Of a stretch of DNA of 64,000 nt, positions 10,073 through 20,185 are shown piece after piece. The notes below the pieces were generated by a model. The model did not search any database. It saw nothing but the letters and a program-made list of their open reading frames with translations, and was not told the DNA's origin. The position numbers were made by a program, and so were the translations under genes. Each line of letters opens with the position of its first letter. Within the stretch, counting starts at the first letter, position 1. This stretch comes from Chrysemys picta bellii (lineage: Eukaryota). The DNA is taken from NCBI RefSeq assembly GCF_011386835.1, contig NC_088800.1, positions 1,178,001 to 1,242,000 on the forward strand, written 5' to 3'.

Positions 10073-11083
10073 CTGGTAGAAAGCAGCCAGCAGGGGGCAG
10101 TGCGTGGGTGATGTCCAGTGCCTTGCGTCCGTGGCTCCGATCCCATTGGGCTCCGGGGGGGCTGCCGGGTCAGTGCAGGATCCCCAGGACGCTGTGCCAT
10201 GGGGCTCTGGAGGGCTCCCTGCCTTGGGGCGGGAGGTGGGTGAGCCCCAGGCCATTATGTCTGAGATCTGGGCCCCACGGAGCTCCAGGGGAGTCCCTGT
10301 TTCAGAGCAGGAGGTGGGTGACACCCAGGATGCTGCTCCAGTACTTTGAGTCCAAACCAGCTCGGGGGGTGTCCCTGGGGCAGGGCAGTAAGGGGGCGAA
10401 AGCCAAGAGGCTGTGTCTGTGCCGAGTGCCCTGTGCGGCTCGGGGGGTGTCCCTGCGGCAGGGCAGCAGGTGGACGACATCCAGGACTCTGCGGCCGGGG
10501 GGGACCCCTCCCACGGGGCTGGAGATGCTGCCTGGAGGCCAGGGGTCCTGGCCTGGCAGCAACCCAGCCCCTCGGGGCAGAGGGGGCAGTGCCGGCGTGG
10601 GCCCCCTCTCCTCTGGGCCAGCGTCTCCTCGTTGAGCCCCAGCAACTCCGACAGGTGGGAGATGTAGCGGATGGCGAGGCGCAGGGTCTCGATCTTGGTC
10701 AGGCTCTGGCCGGCCGGTGCCACCGAGGGGGGCAGGTAGCGTCGCAGGGTGTGGAGAGCCTTGGACAGGTTCCTCATGCGCAGCTTCTCCCGCTCGCTGG
10801 CGCTCTGCCTCTGCCCGCCGCCTGCCCTGCACTGTGCCCTCTGGCTGCTGTGGCAGGGATCTGCCCGGTGCTTGGGGGGCAGAGCGGGTGCTTGCCCCGG
10901 GAGGCAGCCGTGGAGGGGCTCCCGGGAAGCCAGGAGTGCAGAAGAAGGGGACAGGCTATAGGAGTCTGAGGAGGAGGTGGGAGAGGTGGAGTCTGAGTGG
11001 GCCCAGCCCCACTCCTGCAGCAGGGCCTGGCTTGGGAGTAGCTGGAGGTCCTGGGCTAGGAGCTGGGCAGGACAGCTGGCCAT
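10073..11083 (-). CDS. MESP2: Mesoderm posterior bHLH factor 2, exon 1
   Basis: ATG at 11083; Mesp b[57 protein letters not shown] plus CPLCP; ends LAAFYQ|gtacgc; tail-to-tail with ANPEP as in human. Confidence 0.93.
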
Positions 11084-11141
11084 GGTGTCAGGGCTTGGGG
11101 CTTCTCAGGCTGCGTGTGGGGAGAGCGCAGCAGCCCTGGGC

Positions 11142-11316
11142 TTTATGCTGAGGCTGGAGGTGTGAAGTGGCACCTTCCCAGGTTGCATGGAGGTGTCAAA
11201 ACCCACAGAGGCCTGGCTGGGGCTGAGGCAGGAGGCCCCTGGGAAAGCCAGCCCCATTTGCAGAGGTGTCAGTTCTGACTCCTCTGCCCTTTAATTGGGG
11301 CTGCCTGAGCTGGGAA
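11142..11316 (-). promoter_or_regulatory. MESP2 proximal promoter / presomitic enhancer: TATA-like box, three T-box sites, RBPJ-like sites
   Basis: CATAAA (11142-11147), AGGTGTGAagtggCACCT (11158-11175), AGGTGTCA (11191-11198 and 11264-11271), TGGGAA cores (11175-11180, 11240-11245, 11311-11316); fits known Tbx6 plus Notch control of Mesp2. Confidence 0.7.
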
Positions 11317-11619
11317 GTGTGCAGGGGCCAATTCACATGGCAGTGAGAGCTGCTAATTTTCTTACCATCCCTCCTTGAGTCAACCAGCTCAATCCCACAA
11401 TGCCCCGGGCTGGGCCAGCGGGAGCTCCTCAGTGCGCAGGCTACGCTGGGACCTTGACCTTCCCCAGGAGAGAGACCCCGAGTGTTTTGCCATTGCTAAT
11501 GCTGGGTGTGCTAACCTCCTGCTAGAGTGCAGTGCTCAGAGGGCAAGGCTGGGCTGGCGGTGAACGCCCAGGATGCCTGGGTCCCATTCCCAGCTCCATC
11601 AGACGCACATTGCTGGAGT

Positions 11620-11890
11620 AGGCAGACTGGGAGATTTAAGGCCAGAAGGGACAGGTGTGGTCACCTGTCTGCGTGACACAGGCCGGAGACGTCCCTGAGT
11701 AATTCCTGGCTAAATGGAGGGGGTCGGTTACATTAAATTCAATGATGAGAATCCACCATGCCCCTTGTAAGTTGTTCCAGTGGTTAGTTACCTGTCCTGG
11801 GAAACACCCACACTGAATTTCCAGGCTGAATTTGTCAAGTTTCAGCTGCCAGACGTTAAATCGTGTTAGACCTTCCTCTGCTAAATTAAA
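11620..11890 (-). mobile_element. Old CR1 LINE fragment
   Basis: Minus strand encodes degenerate CR1 RT C-terminus FNLAEEGLTRFNVWQLKLDKFSLEI...VTNHWNNL. Confidence 0.7.
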
Positions 11891-11969
11891 GTGCAACAAG
11901 CACTGGAACGTGGGGTCTGGGGGGGCACCTGGCCCAGCTTTCCCAGCCCCAAACCCAGGGTCCACATGA

Positions 11970-12295
11970 CTTCTGGCCTGGCCTCCCCTACCCCCACAGA
12001 ACCCGGGGTCCGCGTGGCTCCTGGCCTGGCCTCCCCTACCCCCCCAGAACCCGGGGTCCGCGTGGCTCCTGGCCTGGCCTCCCCTACCCCCCCCCCCAGA
12101 GCCCGGGGTCCGCGTGGCTCCTGGCCTCCCCTACCCCCCCAGAACCCGGGGTCCGCATGGCTCCTGGCCTGGCCTCCCCTACTCCCCCAGAACCCGGGGT
12201 CCGCATGGCTCCTGGCCTGGCCTCCCCTACCCCCCAGAACCCGGGGTCCGCGTGGCTCCCGGCCTGGCCTCCCCTACCCCCAGAACCCGGGGTCT
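11970..12295. repeat. ~47-50-bp minisatellite (~7 copies)
   Basis: Unit cagaacccggggtccgcgtggctcctggcctggcctcccctaccccc. Confidence 0.9.
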
Positions 12296-12741
12296 GCGCC
12301 TGGTCTCAATCCCAACCCAGTAGCCCAGGCCCTGCTTTCCCTATTCTCCCTTCCCCCAGTGCTGCTGCTCAGCGGTGGTGGATCCAGGGGGACCCGGGCC
12401 CTGGTGTCACGGGGTAGCTCATACTTCAGCTCAGCCCTACCGCCCCTGGCAGTGCAGGCTGGGGTCAGGGGCCCTCGGGCCTAGTTCTCCCACTGGGGCA
12501 GCCCCTGCCTGTCTAGGGGAGGTTCCGGGGGCTCACACTCATGCTGCCCTGGGGCGTCTCCGCTCGGTGTCTCGGGTGGTTCCTGCGTGAGCCGGGCCAG
12601 GCTGCTGCCCGCGTGGGTGGACTGGCTTGTGTCTCCCTGTGAGTGCAGAGCAGGGTGAGCAGGGCCTGGCCGCTCTCGCGTTGCTGATTCGCACACCGCA
12701 CTCAGCTGTTTGCACAAGTGCCACCTCGCCCGGCCCGCGGG

Positions 12742-12916
12742 TAGGGTTGCCAACCCGCCAAGATTGGCCGGGCGTGTCCCGGAATCGGCATTGCTCTCCC
12801 GGTGACTATTGAGAGCCATCTGGGAGATCTGAATGTGTACAGTACAATTCATGACATCACGGCATGCTGGGAAAAACCATCTCCCAGAATAGCTTTAGTC
12901 AGAGCTGGCAACCCTA
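12742..12916. mobile_element. hAT-family MITE (175 bp)
   Basis: Perfect 11-bp TIR TAGGGTTGCCA...TGGCAACCCTA; 8-bp target-site duplication CCCGCGGG at 12734-12741 and 12917-12924. Confidence 0.9.
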
Positions 12917-13549
12917 CCCGCGGGTCAGCTGGGCCACGGGGCAAGATACAGGCCTCCCGCCACCTGCGGAGCTGGGCCACGGACCTCCTTCCGGGGCGCT
13001 CCTGGCCCCCGTGCCCCACGCCGACCTGGCACAATGGGGCACTCGGGCAGGCTCTGGGCGGGAGGAGAGCTCAGAGGATTAGGGCCGGCGCAGGCGCCCC
13101 AGCGGTGGTTGGGGTATGAGCCCCTAGACTGACAGGCTGGGCTGGCAGGGGCTGCGCCTCCCACTTTGCGGCTTTTCCAAACAGCATTTTAGGAACGTTT
13201 TAGGTTCGTCTCCCCTCCACCCTTCCCCCGCCCCCGGCTGGGCACATTTCTCGGGGTGACAAGTACATTGCCTGGCCTCCAACCCCTCCTGCTGCCGGGC
13301 AGGGGCCCGTCACTGCCTGCCTGGGCTGGGGGGACCCCGCTGGGTGGGTGGGACCAGCATCGTCCATGAGGGGCTCTTGTTCCTTGCCCTGCAGCAGCTG
13401 GTGCCGGCTACTGTCAGAGAAGGACGCGGCTGGGGGGGCCTCTGCTGAGCCACGCTGGCAATTCCTGTGCCCCGTGTCACCCCACCTAGCGCTCTGTGAT
13501 CGGCTTTGTGCTGCCACCTGTCTGGTCCGCACCTGAGGGGCCTGGCCAG

Positions 13550-14320
13550 TGTGTCTGCGACATGCCCAGCACACACGAGCTCTGAAACACGCCTGGCACA
13601 CATGTGTGTTGTGACACACCCGGCGCACACATGCTCTGAGACACGCCCGGCACACACATGCTCTGCAACACGTCCAGCACACACGTGCATTGTGACACAC
13701 TCTGCACACACATGCTCTGTGACATGCCTGGCACAAACGTGTGTTGTGACACGCCCTGCACACACGTGCTCTGAGACACACCCAGCACACACGTGCGTTG
13801 TGACATGCCCTGCACACACGTTCTGTGACACGCCCAGCACACACATGCTCTGCGACACACCTGGCACACACGTACTCAGTGACCACCCTTGCACACATGT
13901 GCTCTGCAACATGCCCTGCACACATGTGCTCTGCGACACGCCCTGCACACACGTGCATTGTGACACACCCTGTACACACATACTCTGCGACACGCTCGGC
14001 ACACACATGCTCTGCGACACGCCCTGCACATACGTGCTCTGCGACACACCCGGCAAACACGTGCGTTGTGACACGCCCTGCACACACATGCTCTGTGACA
14101 CACCCAGCACACACGTGCTCTGCAACATGCCTGGCACACATGTACTCAGTGACAACCCCTGCACACATGTGCTCTGTGACACGCCCCGCACACACGTGCT
14201 CTATAACACATCCTGCACACACGTGCTCTGTGACACGCCCCGCACACACGTACTCTGTGACTCACCCTGCACACATGTGCTCTGTGACACGCCCCGCACA
14301 CACGTGCTCTGTGACATGTT
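13550..14320. repeat. 27-bp minisatellite (~28 copies)
   Basis: Unit tgctctgtgacacgccctgcacacac(a/g); 27-nt spacing checked at 13634, 13661, 13688, 13715; produces 9-aa repeat pseudo-ORFs. Confidence 0.92.
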
Positions 14321-15858
14321 CTGCTCCTGAGCGGCCCAGAATGGTGCAGGCCCCGAGGGACCCAAAGGAATAGGCAGGCATCAGTTCCTGATCATGCCGC
14401 TGGGAAGGGGAGGCTCCCGTGTGCATGAGCCTGGGGCAGTACGGGGTGGGAGGGAGCCCCAGCCGTCAGCACTGTGCAGAGCGCTCCCCTGGAGAGGGGC
14501 AGGGGCTAGCGCTGGCCGTCCATGCAGGGGGAGATAAACCTACCCAGGAGTGCAGGGAGCGGGGGGCGAGGAATGGGGCAGGGGAGCCCTCAGTGGCCCC
14601 TCGCCAGCCCCTCTTGGGCACACGCTGCGTTTGCTGGGAGGTGTCGCTGCACGCAGCCCCCTGCAGCGCTGGGCTCGGGCTGGGCGCATAGTGAGGAGCT
14701 CCCCAGGGAGCTCCCAGCTTGGGGAAGAGGGACGAATAATTGATTCCATATGGTGCTGCAGGCCTGGGGGCTCGGCAAGCTTCCTCCTAAGGCGGGGGGG
14801 CAGAAGCCATAGGACTGGGGTTGCAGCTGAGGCCAGGGGCCGAGCCCTGGCAGCGCGCAGGACGGCGGGGAGAGGTGAGGGCTCAGCGCTCCTGGTGACT
14901 GTGTTTGCCAGTGGGGGGCGACTGGACAGACGACCGAGCGCAGATACCCCAGAGTTTCCGGGAGGTTTCCGGCGCTGGCGAGGGGCATCCCAGGACTCCC
15001 CAGGAGTGAGGGGCCAGGGCCTCCATTCCCTGCCCTGCCCTGCCCTGTCGAAATGGCTCCGAAGTGCAGATCGCCGGCAGGTGTGCAGGGCCCACAGCGG
15101 GCAGGGTGCCTCCCGCACTCCCTGTCTGCCCAGCTCCCTGCCGCCCTTCTAAATACCGCCCCCCCCCCGCAGGGTCCCCATAGCGTGGACGGGATGGACC
15201 CTGGAGCCAGCATCACACCCCTGCAGGGGCCCCCCTCCATTGCAGGGGGTGGGGGGCTCTGACCTTTCACCTCCGGCTGGGAGAGCTCGGGCAGACCCTG
15301 GCAGGGAGAAACACCAGCACTTGTCAAAACCCGGGAGGGGGGGGAGAAAAGCCCCCCCCCCCCCCCCAGCTCCCTGCCCATGGAGTCACCAGCCAGGGCA
15401 TCCACTAAGGGGCTACGGGTGGTGGGACGGGGACAGAGAAGGGGGCAAGTGGAAATGAGAGAGGGGAACAGGCAGGAGACCCTGAGCACTGGGGCTGGGA
15501 CAGGGAATGAGACAGGTTTCCTGGCCTGGCCTCCCCTCAGTCCCAGAACCTGTATTAGTGTGTGTGTGTGTGTGTGTGTGTGTAGTGCAGGGCGGGGCTA
15601 TGTACATGCCTGTAGTAGTGTGAGGTCCATGGACATGCCTGTATTAGTGCAAAGGGGGGCACTGTCCATGCCTGTACTTGTGCAGGGGCGTGCGTGTCTG
15701 TTACATGCCTGTATTCGTGTGGGGGTTGTGCATTCCAGTATTAGTGGCTGGGGTGCATGTACACGCTGTATTGTGCGGGGTTGCGTGTGTGTGTACACAT
15801 CTGTGTCAAAAAGAACAGGAGTACTTGTGGCACCTGAGAGACTAACAAATTTATTAGA

Positions 15859-15898
15859 GCATAAGCTTTCGTGGACTACAGCCCACTTCTTCGGAGGC
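15859..15898 (-). ncRNA. Slightly degenerate hammerhead ribozyme motif (left arm of the palindrome)
   Basis: Minus strand gcctCCGAAGAAgtgggctgtagtccacGAAAgcttatgc; one stem I mismatch and one G-U pair in stem II. Confidence 0.55.
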
Positions 15899-16156
15899 AT
15901 ATAGAGTGGAACATATATTGAGGCGATATATATACACACATACAGAGAGCATGAACAGGTGGGAGTTGTCTTACCAACTCTGAGAGGCCAATTAAGTAAG
16001 AGAAAAAAAACTTTTGAAGTGATAATCAAGATAGCCCAGTACAGGGCTTCAAAAGTTTTTTTTCTCTTACTTAATTGTTGGTAAGACAACTCCCACCTGT
16101 TTATGCTCTCTGTATGTGTGTATATATATCTCCTCAATATTTATTCCACTCTATAT

Positions 16157-16196
16157 GCATCCGAAGAAGTGGGCTGTAGCCCACGAAAGCTTATGC
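16157..16196 (+). ncRNA. Minimal type I hammerhead ribozyme motif (Penelope-type)
   Basis: Stem I gcat/atgc; core CCGAAGA plus extra A; stem II GTGGG/CCCAC; GAAA; palindromic AGCT stem III; NUH = CUU. Confidence 0.7.
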
Positions 16197-16877
16197 TCTA
16201 ATAAATTTGTTAGTCTCTAAGGTGCCACAAGTACTCCTGTTCTTTTTGCGGATACAGACTAACACGGCTGCTACTCTGACATCTGTGTCAGTGCGGCGGG
16301 TGCCTGTGCACACACCTGCACTAGTGCAGGGTGTGTGTGTGTCTGTGTACACACCAGTACCAGTGTGGGGGCCCTGTATTTTGGAAGCACGTCTCACGCC
16401 ACATTCCCTTGAGAGCCTCTCCCCCTTCTGTTTTCTTTTCCAGAATTGCAGCACTGGGTTTCCCTGGTAACCTTTACACCAGCCGTGTCAAGTGCCAGCT
16501 GCATTGGGCCTGGGAACGCAGCCCGGGGGTCCCTCCCAGCTCTTCACACCCTCCCCCCCCCGCCCCGTAGTGAGAACGTGCTGGCTCCAGGGGGACGGGG
16601 TGTGTGTGGAGGGGGCTGTGGTTCCACCCGTGACACTGCCTTGGGTCTGGACTTCTCATTATGAGCGAGGGGCCCAAACTGGTTGGGGAAATCCTGGTGT
16701 AGCCCAGCCTGAGAACGCCCCAGCAGGGGTGTCCAGCCCCCCACCCAGGCTGGGGTTTGTCCTATGGTAACTCTGGGGGGCCCCAGTCAGGGACCAGGGC
16801 TCCACTGTGCCAGGTGCTGACAGACACCCTAAGGGAGACACAGCCCCCACCCTGAGAAGCTTACAATCTAGCGCCAT

Positions 16878-16982
16878 GTCACAGATGGGGAAACTGAGGC
16901 CCAGAGCAGGGACGTGCTGTGCTCAGTGAGTTAGTGGCAGAGCTAGGAGAGGAACCCAGGAGTCCTGGCTCCCAGTCCCAGG
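16878..16982 (+). mobile_element. MIR/CORE-SINE fragment
   Basis: acagatggggaaactgaggcccagag...agtggcagagctagga...gaacccaggagtcctggctcc resembles the CORE-SINE core. Confidence 0.6.
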
Positions 16983-18659
16983 CCGAACTGCCCAGCTGCC
17001 CTGCGCATCACATCTCTGTGCCAAGGCGGTTGGGGGTGTGAGTGCCAGGGCTGGCCAGGCTGCTCCAAGGGAGGGAAACTGAGCAAGGAGAAATTGTGCC
17101 AACCTCAGCCCCTGCCCCCCAGCTGGCGCGTTGGCCTGTCAGGTGCCCGTCCTTCTGGGGAGAGACGCTGGCAGGGGCATCATCCCCGGGAAGGGCTGGG
17201 AGCCCCATGGCTAGAGGCTCTGACTGCTGGAGGGCCTGGCTGTGACCCCGGGGCTCCCCCCTGGGTGTTTATCTGGGGGTCTGTGCACCGGGCTGGGCTG
17301 CCGGGGGCACCTTGTTTCCCTCTTGCCACCCTCCCACAATGCACTGCTTCACCCCCTTCCTGCCGAGCCCCTCCCGCCCCCCTGGAACCAGTGTCCGGCG
17401 GGGGGGGGGGTCAGGGGGTGTTTAATATTCTTGCTTCACAAGTGCTCCAGATCCCTGGGCACAGGGTCCCCGCAGCTGATCTGTCTGCCTGGGACGGCCA
17501 CAGGATCTGGGGCAGCGTCTCCGAACTGCTGGGCCGAGCCCACGCTGCCCCCGGAGTGGGGGGCTCCGGGATCCTTCCAGCCCTGCTGTCTGGTGGCTGC
17601 CCCCTGGGCACAACGAGCCCCTCGGTGGGGCAGGTGCTTGGTGGAGAGGTGCCCCCACGTTCCCAGCCCTGGGGAGCTGGGTCTCCCCTCCCCATGGCAG
17701 CTACCCCAGCGAAGAGCCTCTCACCCCCGTGCCCCCCCCCCCCACATGCTGATGGGCAGCAGCAGACAGACAGACAGACAGGCAGACAGACCCTCCTTCC
17801 TGGCCCCCTGCAGCCAGCAGGCCCAGGTGGGGGGCAGAGCCCCTGAGCCATGGCCTGGATGTGAGAGTGCGGCTGCTGGGCTCATTAGTGGCAGGGTGTG
17901 AAATGCCATTAGCCTGGGCTGGGAGGGGCAGGCTGCTCCGGCTCCCTCGCTGTCTCCCGCCCCCTTAGCCCGGGGTGCCCAGCGCCTGCTGGCAGCCTGC
18001 AGTGCCCCTGCCCAGGCCCGGGCAGGGGCACGTCCCTGGGTTGCTGGGCCCCTCCCCAGAACGTCGCGGCTTGGGCTCCGGAACCGGCTGGGAAATCAGG
18101 GCCCGGAGTTGGGGTTGGGCCCGACGCTCCAGCATCCCCGGGGGATGGGTTTTGGTTCGGGTCCCGCTCTAGGCGGCACCTGCCCCCTGCGCCCCCCGGC
18201 CCAAGCCCTGCCCCTCGCCCACACTGAGTGAGGACGAGTCTCCTGCCCCATCACTCAGGGCAGGGCCCGGACAGGTTTGAGTAGTGTGGGATAATGCTTA
18301 GCACCCGGGCATGCAGCCCGGACTCCTGGGTTCTTTTCCTCCCTGTGTGGCTTTGGACCTCTGTCCCCCACCGTGTAACATGGGCTGCTAGCACTGCCCC
18401 TAGGAACACATACACACAGCTGCCGGGACGCCCTCCCGCATATAGCTTCATCCTGCCCTTGGCAGTGGGGTGCAAGCTGCCCCCTCTGAGCGGGTGGGGG
18501 CCCAGCCCAGACACACAGAGCCACTCTGTGCCCTCGCCAGCCCGCTGGGCATGGGACACCTGGGCAGGCTCCGTCGCAGGCCGGCAGCTGGGGCTCCGTG
18601 GGGTCAGTGACCTGTCACACAGCTCCACCCGAGCTGGGGTAAAATTCAACACCAGCCTG

Positions 18660-18761
18660 TTCAAAGGAGCTCTCTCCCCCAGGCCCTCCAGCCCCCCAGG
18701 GCTTTGATGTGCTGATGGTCCCTGCGAAGGTGCCACTTCACACCTCCGGCCTCAGCATAAA
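18660..18761 (+). promoter_or_regulatory. MESP1 proximal promoter: two TCF/LEF sites, T-box palindrome, TATA-like box
   Basis: TTCAAAG (18660-18666), CTTTGAT (18702-18708), AGGTGccactTCACACCT (18728-18745), CATAAA (18756-18761). Confidence 0.65.
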
Positions 18762-18812
18762 GCCCGGGGCTGCGACGCTCTCCCCACACGCAGCCTGGGA
18801 AGCCCTGACGCC

Positions 18813-19637
18813 ATGGCCAGCTCTCCTGCCCAGCTCCTAGCCCCGGATCTCCTGCTGCCCCCAGGCCAGGCCCTGCTGCAGGAGTGGGGCAGGGCCCAGC
18901 CCAGCACGGAGGGGTACAGCAGCTGCTCCCCAACGCCCTCCACCGACTCCTGCGGCCTCTCGCCCCTCTACCCCCTCTGCCCAGCTCCCCAGGAGCCCTG
19001 CAGCAGCTGCCCTGCAGCCCCGAGCCTGGTGCTGACGCCAAGACGCAGGGCTGGCCTGTGCCCAGCCTACGGGAGCAGGAAGGGCAGCCGGGGAAGGGCA
19101 GGCGGCGGGCAGAGGCAGAGCGCCAGCGAGCGGGAGAAGCTGCGCATGAGGAACCTGTCCAAGGCTCTCCACACCCTGCGACGCTACCTGCCCCCCTCGG
19201 TGGCACCGGCCGGCCAGAGCCTGACCAAGATCGAGACCCTGCGCCTCGCCATCCGCTACATCTCCCACCTGTCGGAGCTGCTGGGGCTCAGCGAGGAGAC
19301 GCTGGCCCAGAGGAGAGGGGGCCCACGCCGGCACTGCCCCCTCTGCCCCGAGGGGCTGGGTTGCTGCCAGGCCAGGACCCCTGGCCTCCAGGCAGCATCT
19401 CCAGCCCCGTGGGAGGGGTCCCCCCCGGCCGCAGAGTCCTGGGTGTCGTCCACCTGCTGCCCTGCCGCAGGGACACCCCCCGAGCCGCACAGGGCACTCA
19501 GCACAGACACAGCCTCTTGGCTTTCGCCCCCTTACTGCCCTGCCCCAGGGGACCCCGAGCCGCACAGGGCACGAATCCTGGATGCGGGGCCGATGCTGCT
19601 GCCAGCTGAGTTTGCAGACATGGGTCTGTCCTCCCAG
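18813..19637 (+). CDS. MESP1: Mesoderm posterior bHLH factor 1, exon 1
   Basis: ATG at 18813; full Mesp bHLH plus CPLCP; ends DMGLSSQ|gtatgt in phase 0; head-to-head with MESP2 as in human. Confidence 0.92.
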
Positions 19638-20131
19638 GTATGTTCACTCTCTGCCCCCTCCTCAGCCTAGGCTGTGTCCTGAGTTACCTGCCAGAGTAAC
19701 CCCCCGTGGTGCGAATTCAGTACCCCCCAAATTCCTGGCCGCTTGTAATGGCCCGTGGGCCGGGTCCTGCGAGGAGGGCAGCATGCACTGCCGGGGGGAA
19801 GGGTTTTCCAGGGTGGATGCTGAGGCATGGAGAGCTGGGAGTGACGTGCTCAGGGCTACTCGGCCGATCAGCACAGCAGAGCCCGGAGGGGCTCTGACCA
19901 CAGACACCCCCCTTCCCTGGCCCTTGTGGGAGTCAGCGTCAGCTGAGAGGGCAGCGCGAATGACTCAGTGCCCTCGCTCCAGGGGCTCGCTGGCCCTGCT
20001 CCTGTCTGTGCCCTCCAGGGGCAGTTTGTGGGTCCTACTCAGAGGGCCCCCACTCCGTCCGGCTCCTGGAGTCAGTGCCCAGGGAGTCTGGCCTTGTGTT
20101 GCTCCACTGATCCCTGTGCTCCTCTCTGCAG

Positions 20132-20185
20132 GATCTCTCCGGCGAGCTCCTCTCCCTCCTGGAGGCCCTGCTTCCCCAGGACTGA
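20132..20185 (+). CDS. MESP1: Mesoderm posterior bHLH factor 1, exon 2
   Basis: ctctctgcag|GAT acceptor; DLSGELLSLLEALLPQD then TGA, resembling the human MESP1 C-terminus LLPGDVLALLE. Confidence 0.82.
   Translation, partial: DLSGELLSLLEALLPQD

Larger units (their letters stand above)
15808..16278. mobile_element. Penelope-like (Neptune-type) retroelement remnant forming a long inverted repeat
   Basis: Arms 15808-16019 and 16047-16247 are reverse complements around a 27-bp spacer; terminus aaaaagaacaggagtacttgtggcacc; flanking duplication acatctgtgtca at 15797-15808 and 16279-16290. Confidence 0.85.

Noticed and set aside
13200-14373. Cys/His-rich 180-350-aa ORFs resembling keratin-associated or metal-binding proteins
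   Set aside because: 9-aa periodicity comes from the 27-bp repeat, which is open in most frames on both strands
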